Source: Eledone cirrhosa (lineage: Eukaryota). From it: a stretch of DNA of 64,000 nucleotides. Positions 54,594-64,000 of the stretch are shown here, in pieces. Under the pieces are notes generated by a model that was not told the DNA's origin, searched no databases, and worked only from the letters and a program-made list of their open reading frames with translations. The DNA is taken from contig OZ024745.1 of the NCBI GenBank assembly GCA_964016885.1, positions 111,104,001 through 111,168,000 of the forward strand, read 5' to 3'. Numbering within the stretch: the first letter of the stretch is position 1; each line of letters opens with the position of its first letter. The position numbers were made by a program, and so were the translations under genes.

Positions 54594-55171
54594 ATTAGAA
54601 AAAAATCAAATGTCATTCAGAGATCATCTCAGCAATATATTCAGCTTAAACTGTTATATTGGCACAAAATACTGAAGCATCCACTGAAGTTATTTGGTAA
54701 AATTTAGTTGGAAAATTAGAAAAATATTCACCAATGAATTATAAGATATTTTTTTACAAATTATTAAAATATTTCAACTTTCTGTATCATTCAAGCCATG
54801 CTAGTAAAGTAATATATATTTTAAGTCTTTGTTCATACACATACACACACACACATATACACAGACACATACGTACACACGCATGCACACACACAAATAC
54901 ACACACTCATGCTCACACACACACATACACAGACACATATGTACACATGCATGCACACACACAAATACACACACACTCACACTCACACACACACACATTC
55001 ATAATGTGTGCTTTCATCAGGGCCATACTGTCATCTGCTGAGGCCTTAAGCTATATGAAATTTGAGGTTCTTCTCTAAAAAATATAATTACCATTTTTTT
55101 TTATTAATGTTGATGATAAAGAAAAATAACATATATATATATATATGTGTGTGTTTGTGTGTGTGTGTGTG

Positions 55172-55380
55172 TAAAAGGTAAACAGAAATAACAACTCAGT
55201 CAGTTCAATATATGAAAGGAATATATTAGGTTAACGCTTGAAATAGCAGGAAGAGGGTCTTAACGTTTCGGATGCTAGTCCTTTATCAAAAGAAAGAATG
55301 AGAAATTAGAAATATTGAAGGGATGGGTGGGGCAGAATTGGGAAAAAAAATTTTCAGAGAAAAGTAACAGGTCCATTCAT
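55172..55380 (-). mobile_element. Penelope-like pLTR fragment with a decayed hammerhead (55258-55293)
   Basis: Minus TCT-TTTGATAA-AGGA-CTAGCA-TCC-GAAACGTTA-AGA; core differs from CTGATGA at two positions; flanked by microsatellites. Confidence 0.5.
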
Positions 55381-55423
55381 GTATATATATATATATGTGT
55401 ATATTTATATATATATGTATATA

Positions 55424-55485
<62 letters not shown>

Positions 55486-55529
55486 TGGGTGTGGGTGTGA
55501 GGGTGTATGTATGTATGTAGGTATATGTA

Positions 55530-55850
55530 GCAATATCCAAAGGTATGAAAAGGAAAAAAGAAAACAGTGCTCAATCAGAAAGAGAGCAGTAATATTATAT
55601 CATTTATTGATGTTCATACACAAAGCAAAAGCACTCCCCAAAATTTCAACGCCCAAATTGGACCATACACGAGGCTTCAAATTTGTGGCCTTTCTTCAGG
55701 TGCTTTTACCAGTTTATAAGCGCCTGAAGAATGGTCACAAATTTGAAGTCTTTTGTATTCTGGAGGTATGGTCCAATTTGGGCCTTAAAACCTTGGAGAG
55801 TGCTTTTGTGCTTTCTGTTCCATGATAAATAATCAATAAATAATATTATA
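55530..55850. mobile_element. Older fold-back element with two decayed head-to-head hammerheads
   Basis: Arms about 55590-55705 and 55718-55850; minus arm AAAAGCAC-CTGAAGA-long stem II-GAAA-9 nt-GTGCTTTT. Confidence 0.7.
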
Positions 55851-55858
55851 TATATATA

Positions 55859-56054
55859 TCATCATCACCGTTTTACGTCCGTTCTTCCATGCTAGCATGG
55901 GTTAGACGGGTTGTCCTGTTGTGGGCAGTGTCTGGTCGGCTGACCATGCTTTGCTCATACAGGAACTGATTTTGGCTTGATTTCTACAGCTGGATGCCCT
56001 TCCTAACACCAACCTCATTTACAGTGAGTGCTGGGTGCTTTTTCCGTGGCGCCT
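55859..56054 (-). mobile_element. S1-type SINE 3' part (tail C)
   Basis: Reverse complement of 48877-49065. Confidence 0.85.
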
Positions 56055-56059
56055 ATATA

Positions 56060-56190
56060 TAAGGAAAAGAAATTGAAAATGCAACTGGAGTCTTTTAAGA
56101 ATATCTATTTATTTACTTTACCGGTTTCAAAGTACTTATACATTTCAAAAGTAAAATTGAGATGTAGGGTTTGTGTTTCATACATATATA
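56060..56190 (-). mobile_element. Short TA-flanked element with a decayed hammerhead (56112-56155)
   Basis: Minus TTTACTT-[TTGAAAT GTA TAAG TAC TTT]-GAAA-CCGG-TA-AAGTAAA; perfect 7-bp stem I, damaged CTGANGA box. Confidence 0.5.
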
Positions 56191-56253
56191 ATCTTTGATA
56201 ATTTAGTGTTAAAGAATAAAAACTTATGATAAAATAATTCTTTTTTTTTTTTA

Positions 56254-56320
56254 ATGGGGCCCCTGAAAATGTGTGGCCCTAAGCTATAGCTTATTTAGCT
56301 TAAAGGTAAGTCCAGCACTG
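56254..56320. mobile_element. hAT-like terminus
   Basis: GGGGCCCC..GGCCC..TAAGTCCAGCACTG, similar to 28645-28723. Confidence 0.5.
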
Positions 56321-56366
56321 GCTTTCACACAGATACAAATACACCCTCAAAAATAGAATGTACAAT

Positions 56367-56720
56367 AACCTTTTTACTCTATATTTTCACAGTAAAGGCT
56401 TTACCTCACATAATTATCTTACATAATATTGAACCTGTGAGATTTTGATATTATTTATTTTGAGAACAAAACGTCCCATTACGGTCTGAGTTCAAATCCC
56501 ACTGAGGTTAACTTTGCCTGTCATCCTTACAGGGGTCAATAAAATAAAGTACCAGTAATGTACTGGGTATTTTCTGGCCTTGTGCCAAAATTAGAAACAA
56601 TTATTTATTTTGAGAACAATACCTTAACATCAGTATGAGTGGCCGGTTATGGCTGGTTTGAAGAGAAAGAGGTGAGAGAATTCTGGCTGGATATGGCTGG
56701 TTTAAATACTAAAGGGTTAA
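56367..56720 (+). mobile_element. MITE family 1 with a nested 5'-truncated SINE S2
   Basis: 20-bp TSD ATTATTTATTTTGAGAACAA at 56450-56469 and 56600-56619; ends AAAGGG-TTAA. Confidence 0.85.
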
Positions 56721-56803
56721 CTGAGTGGTGAAAACATGCCTTAAACCTTCATGAATCTTCAATCTAATAATAGTCTGTGTTGCTTATATCCTCGGACTGG
56801 ATT

Positions 56804-57230
56804 TTAACCCTTTAATGTTCAAACCAGCCAAAACCGGCCAGAATTCTCTACCTCTTCCTGTTGAAACTGGCTGAAACTGGTCACTCAAACTGGTGTTAAG
56901 GTATTGTTCTTAGCCCTTTAATGTTCAAACTGGCCAAAACCGACCAGAATTCTCTACCTCTTTCTGTTGAAACTGGCTGTAACTGGTCACTCAAACTGGT
57001 GTTAAGGTATTGTTCTTAACCCTTTAATGTTCAAACTGGCCAAAACCGACCAGAATTCTCTACCTCTTTCTGTTGAAACTGGCTGAAACCAGTCACTCAA
57101 ACTGATGGTAAGGTATTGTTCTCAAAATAAATACTTTCAAAATCTCATAGATTCAATATTATGTGAGGTAAAGCCTTTACCATGAAAATATAATAGTATA
57201 TATAGAGTAATGTAAATACTAAAGGGTTAA
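56804..57230 (-). mobile_element. MITE family 1 with its terminal segment of about 106 bp triplicated
   Basis: CCCTTTAATGTTCAAAC..GGTATTGTTCT three times; TTAA at both ends. Confidence 0.9.
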
Positions 57231-57339
57231 AGACCCAGTCTGCTTGCACCAGATGGTAATCCTCTTCTCTTTCCACATTTGATTCTTCCCTTACATGTAC
57301 AAGTACAGGAACACATTTGTGAATAGAAGTGCACAGATA

Positions 57340-57978
57340 CACACATACTTAGGTATGAGGTGTTTTTATATATACATACACATTTGTGGATAGATATATA
57401 CACATATACACACACACACATACACACACACACATACATACATATAGATGAGGTGTTTTTCACGAACATACCCATATGTCGATACACACACACATACATA
57501 CATATAGATGAGGTGTTTTTCATGTACATACACATATGTGGATACACACACACATACATACATACATATAGATGAGGTGTTTTTTCATGTACACACATAT
57601 GTGGATATATATACACACACACACATACACACACACATATATACACACATTTGTGGAGATACACACACACACACATATAAATGAAGTGTTTATTTATGTA
57701 CACACACACTCACGCATACATGTAGATGAGGTGTTTATTCCTATACACACACATTTATTAATAGAGGTACATGTATACATACATATAGATGAAGTGTTTA
57801 TTGATGTATGCACACATTTGTAAATACATACACACACACATATATATATATACACACATACACATATAAATGAGGTTCTTTTCATGTACACACACATGTA
57901 TACATGTACATACACAACACACATAATCACATAGATGAGGTGTTTATTTTTATACACACACACACACACACATGCACA

Positions 57979-58020
<42 letters not shown>

Positions 58021-58815
58021 CTCATATAAATGAGGTGCTTTTCATATACACACACATATCTGAATACACATACATACACATATAATCACATAGATGAGGT
58101 GTTTATTTTTATACACACACTTGCACACACACATATACACACACACACGCTCATATAAATGAGGTGCTTTTCATGTACTCACACATGTATGGATACACAT
58201 ACATACACAACACACATATTCACATAGATGAGGTGTTTATGTTTATACACACACATGCACACACACACATATATACACACACACATGCTCATATAAATGA
58301 GGTGCTTTTCATATACACACACATATCTGAATACACATACATACACAACACACATATTCACATAGATGAGGTGTTTATTTTTATACACACACATGCACAC
58401 ACACACACACGCTCATATAAATGAGGTGCTTTTCATGTACTCACGCATGTATGGATACACATACATACACAACACACATATTCACATAGATGAGGTGTTT
58501 ATTTTTATACACACACATGCACACACACACACATATATACACACACACATGCTCATATAAATGAGGTGCTTTTCATGTACTCACACATGTATAGATACAT
58601 ATACATACACAACACACATATTCACATAGATGAGGTGTTTATTTTTATACACACACATGCACACACACATGCACACACACATACACACACATATACACAC
58701 ACACACGCTCATATAAATGAGGTGATTTTCATGTACACACACATGTATGGATACACATACATACACAACACACATATTCACATAGATGAGGTGTGTTTTT
58801 TTTATACACACACAT
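57340..58815. repeat. Complex CA-rich minisatellite with an ATGAGGTG anchor, dimeric in its 3' half
   Basis: ATA(G/A)ATGAGGTG recurs about every 55-75 bp; from about 57870 two subunit types alternate. Confidence 0.9.
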
Positions 58816-59467
58816 CTATGTACAGTTTTTTATCTCACTGTCACATATACATAAACCCCTAACCATGTAATTATTTTGAATCTTCTGACATGTCTAATTT
58901 GTTTTAAATATGATACAGCTTTAGGTATACTTTTAGAGATACAATACTGTAAAGTCAGAAGTAAACATATACAGACACACTTTTCATTTCATTTTAATTA
59001 TTTATTTTTTCCCCTCTGTGTATCAAAGCATTCAGAATTTCATCTCTCTTAGACAAATAGTTCTGCCAAGAGACAGCCAGGCGAGAAGAATTGTGGAAAG
59101 CCACACCCTGAAACTAGTATCTTGTTAAAAGTATTATTTGTTAAGAGACTCTATTTGAGTGCCACACCCAACAATAACTGCTATCAAACTGTAGAACTGT
59201 CACTTAGAATTTGCTGCATTAAGAATACTGTTAGAATTATCTAAAGTTTAAGGTTTCATACCTGTACCAAAACCTAATAGTCTTTTATGACTTATAATAA
59301 CAGATATGCTTCAACAATATAGGTAAACTAGAGAATGTGTGTGTGCGTGTGTGTGTATGTGTGTGTGTGTGAGAACTAGGGCATGAATTGAATACTATTG
59401 TTGTCATATAGTTTGACAGGCTTTAAAGGGAGACAATTATTAGGAATGTCTTCATTATTTCTTGACT

Positions 59468-59830
59468 TCGATCTGAGTTCAATTCCCGCCGAGGTTAACT
59501 TTGCCTTTCATCCTTACGGGGTCAATAAAATAAAGTACCAGTAATGCACTGGGATAATTGCTGGCCTTGTGCCAAAAGTAGAAACAATTACTAAAACAAG
59601 ACAGGGTGATGGCTTGGTAGTATTGGGAGAGCTTCAGACACCATGCTTTGCAGCATAGAGTTATGGCCGTTTACGTTGTGAGTTCAAATTCTGCCGAGTA
59701 GCTTTGTCTTTCATCTTTATGGGGTTGATAAAATAAAGCACCAGTGATCCATTGGCGTCGATTTGATTGACTTTTCCCTCCCCTCCCCCCTTCAAATTGC
59801 TGGCCTTGTGCCTAAAGTAGAAACAATTAT
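59468..59830 (+). mobile_element. Two tandem SINE S2 copies (59468-59590 truncated; 59603-59830 full)
   Basis: Family match. Confidence 0.85.
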
Positions 59831-60091
59831 TTAAGCAAGAGCAAGAGGCAGCTCATTAGTTATGATTCATATGAAATTTTAAAGAAAATCTTTGAAATAT
59901 TTTCATGACTAGAATTACAGGATTGTTTCATAACAGATATTTATATGTAATATGTATTATATTATATATATCATATACACTTTTAGATATACTTTCAGAG
60001 ATACAATACTGAGCCGCCCATCTGTGAAACAGTCATAACTATGTATAATCAATAAAGACCTTAATGTAAAACCTCACTTTGTTTCCTCTCG

Positions 60092-60581
<490 letters not shown>

Positions 60582-60904
60582 TATTCTATTTTTCTATTTC
60601 TCTCCCTTGGTTAAACTACCTTTTGTATCCCTCTCTTCCTTTTCAGTTGATGCATGTTGGTTTGTAGTAATATTTTTCTTTTTTACGTCTTTATGTGTGT
60701 AATTCACAGAATGATACAACTTGTCCTGTGTCTATCTGTTTTGTTGCCTCCCCATGTGCACGGGAAAGATTAGTATCAACCTCGATGTACTGAAATTATA
60801 GTGATTTCCAGAGGTTGACTGATGAGAAGGGATTGTCCGTTTTTTTCTATTTTTTCCATTGTCTTTGTCCTGTACATCCTCCCTCATGTTTTGAATATAT
60901 ATAC

Positions 60905-61180
60905 TGCCTTCTGTCTACTTCCTTTGAGTTCCTATTGAAAGACATCTATCTGTATTTGAACTTATGATATATGAGTTAGAAACTTTATTTAGATATATTT
61001 TAGGTCAACATAGATCCGAATGACTATCACCTATTTACATTTTAAATGGCTTTGATGAAGAGACATAGACTCAAGATCTACCGTGCTCCCAAAATTTCAT
61101 TCTCGCTCCTATACTTAATCTTTATATTTGCAAACCTGTGGTAAATTAAAATCTAAACAAGGATTCACTGTTAATTTCTT
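60905..61180 (+). mobile_element. Decayed Penelope-like 3' end: GIY-YIG C-terminal remnant followed by a hammerhead-like remnant
   Basis: YELETLFRYILGQHRSE*LSPIY resembles E..FI..LG...P.GLN; then TTGATGA-AGAG-ACATAGA-CTC (61052-61072) without an intact GAAA. Confidence 0.4.
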
Positions 61181-61934
61181 AGTTAACCAACAATAAATTC
61201 ATAAAGGTGTGTGTGTGAGTGTGTATGAGACAGAGAAAGAGAGGGGGAGCGAGAGTCTGTGTATGTGAGTGTGAGAGTGTGGGAGGAGAGATCCTGTATA
61301 TGAGTATGACAGGGGGAGAGGGTGGAGGAGTGAGCCTGTGAGAGAGAGAGAAAGAGTTTGTGTTTGTGTATGTGAGAGAGAAAGTAAAGCTGAAAAAAGA
61401 GAGGTTCATAACTTTACTTGGTATGGTTTTATTGTTTCTATGTTTCTATTTTGTGTTCATGTAAATACTTTTATTGTAAAAACAACAGAAGAAAAAAAAT
61501 TGAACTATTGAGGAATGTAAACGAATGAAAAGATTTGTTACCATTAACTTAAAGATCAGTATCTTATAATTTATCACTTTTGGATTACTAAGTAATTCTT
61601 TTAATTGATTATCAGTTTTCCTTTAAATAACATTACCGCATTCTTAATGCTTCATTACCTCAATGTGACAAGGAAATAATAATGTTCAATTTATTGATTC
61701 AATAGAGAAACAAAGAATTTTATTCTCTTGGAGATTTCAGCAGGACTCTAAATTCAGAAGTTAATACAGGTTTATAAACTGACACATCTTTTCCTTCATT
61801 TGTCTTCTATTGAGAACTGGAGTAACATGACATATAAAGTTTACTATTGATACAGTATTGACTATTTGTTGTTTGTGTTTTTTTTTATTGAAGATCTCTA
61901 TTACCTCTAGGATCTCTATTTATATGGTTACATC

Positions 61935-62059
61935 ATTTACCATCATCATCATTGTCATCATCATGACTATACTACTACTGCTGCTGCTGCTGTTGATGAT
62001 GATGATGATGATGATGATGATGACGATGATGATACTTCTACTACTACTACTGGTGATGT

Positions 62060-62127
<68 letters not shown>

Positions 62128-62152
62128 ATTGCTGATGATGATGATGATATTG

Positions 62153-62212
<60 letters not shown>

Positions 62213-62222
62213 TTAATACTAC
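61935..62222. repeat. Compound (CAT)(CTA)(CTG)(GAT) array
   Basis: Direct reading. Confidence 0.95.
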
Positions 62223-62330
62223 TAAATTCATCCACTTCTTTGTGATGTCAGAACTGAAAACAATTGTGCTGAAATATGCTTTGATTAATCCCAAGATTGC
62301 TGTGATTGTCCAGCCCCATTTTGTCCTTTA

Positions 62331-62627
62331 TTAACCCTTTAGCATTTAAACCAACCATATCCGGTCAGAGTTCTCTCACCTCTCTTCTGTTCAAACTGGC
62401 TGTAAATGGCCACTCATACTGACGTTAAGGTATTGTTCTCAAAATATATAATATCAAACTCTAGTAGATTTGATATTATGTGACAAATATTTAAGATAAA
62501 GCTTTTACCACAAAAATACGATAGTATATATAGTATATATACGATAATATATATAGTATATATACGATAGTATATATAGTATATATAGTATATATAGTAT
62601 ATATAGTATATAATGCTAGAGGGTTAA
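62331..62627 (-). mobile_element. MITE family 1 with an internal AGTATATAT expansion
   Basis: TTAA-CCCTTTAGCATT...AATGCTAGAGGG-TTAA. Confidence 0.85.
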
Positions 62628-62854
62628 GCAAACATGTTCAAAACCATTCCAGCTATGACTAGCACATCTTCCTAGTATATCTAAGACAACATTATCCAAT
62701 GTGTCCTCCCTTTTTATAGATGGTAGGATTTGATTTGAAGGAGATTTTGCTGATATTTCTAGCAAATCAAGAGACACCCATATAGGTTCTCTCGTTTAAT
62801 AAATCTCAATGGTACTTTGAGTAGGTTGGAATTAGGACACAAATTATGCATGTT

Positions 62855-63075
62855 ATAATGGTTTCTGATTTAGGCACAAGGCCAACGATTTTAAGGGAGG
62901 GGAAAATCAATGAAATCAACCCCAGTGCATTACTGGTACTTTATTTTATCGACCCTGTTAGGATGAAAGGCAAAACTAATTTCAGCGGGATTTGAACTCA
63001 GAATGTAAAGGGCCATAACTATGCCGCGAAGCATGTTGTCCGACGCTCTACCGATACTGCCAATCCCCTGCCCTT
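62855..63075 (-). mobile_element. Full-length SINE S2
   Basis: Family match. Confidence 0.85.
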
Positions 63076-63703
63076 ACATATTATAATGGGGCCATGACCC
63101 CTGAAGAAAGACATCAATTTGAGTTAAGTATTTGACTGAGAAGTATTTGTATGAGACATTATCAAAGTTTGACAGTCACATTTAGAATAGTTACTTGTTG
63201 AGAAGTGATAAAAGATGTTAAATAGAAGTGAGAAGATAACTATTTGATCAGGATAGTTGGGATACTCGCCCATTTATTTTATATTTTTACTATATATGTG
63301 GTATATTTTTATTATTAAAACAAGATCAACAAAACAAAATAAGTGTATCATTTATCAAACATTCAGCAGATGATAAAACAAATTTTAGGAAATATTGAAT
63401 AGTTGAACTGAGATTCAAATGAAGCATCTTTTACATCATGACTGGGATATCTTCAGTAACTCCATGTTATACATAGATTTATTTCATATATCTAGTTGTA
63501 AGACATATGTGTGGGTGTCTGTGTGTAATATGAAACTTGAAAATGACCAGCCAGATCTCAAGACAAAACATAAATAATGCAAAAGTAGTCTCAAGAGTCA
63601 AAACATTAACAACAGAAAAATCATCTCATGAGTTAAAACATAAATAGTATAAAAGATCAAATATCTTCATCATCATCATCATTACCACCATTACTACCAC
63701 CAC

Positions 63704-63736
<33 letters not shown>

Positions 63737-63812
63737 TACCACCATTACTACCACCACAATAATCATCATCATCATCATCATTGAATAGAAATAATCCAAG
63801 AGAAGAAAGAAA

Positions 63813-63940
<128 letters not shown>

Positions 63941-64000
63941 GGAGAGAGGAAGAGATTGGTAATTAAATTTGATATAAAGATGCTATCTCTTATGAAAGAA

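Noticed and set aside
55001-55025. 15-bp match (GTGTGCTTTCATCAG) to the 35.9-kb hammerhead family
   Set aside because: No GAAA box and no further homology; probably chance next to a CA repeat.
59053-59245. Possible second exon in frame with 50338-50400
   Set aside because: An acceptor is present, but there is no convincing donor and no recognisable protein.

Overview
This is a very AT-rich, microsatellite-saturated eukaryotic intronic or intergenic window. Its SINE, RTE and MITE repertoire resembles a coleoid cephalopod, probably an octopod (inference from repeat content only). No complete host gene is visible; the best candidate is one 21-codon signal-peptide-like exon at 50338-50400, and nearly all listed ORFs are microsatellite artefacts or transposon fragments. 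Content: tRNA-headed SINEs of at least four families, RTE, Tx1, CR1-group and CRE-like LINE fragments, TTAA-flanked piggyBac-type MITEs, a hAT relic, two LTR candidates and several tandem arrays. The most striking signal is a set of short, non-coding, asymmetric fold-back elements sitting in (TA)n tracts (14070-14334, 14501-14720, 14751-15112, 35753-36194, 55530-55850). Four of these five carry minimal type-I hammerhead ribozyme folds or decayed versions, in three cases as a head-to-head pair, one per strand. They are best read as several non-autonomous Penelope-like families. All folds were paired by eye and need computational and biochemical confirmation.
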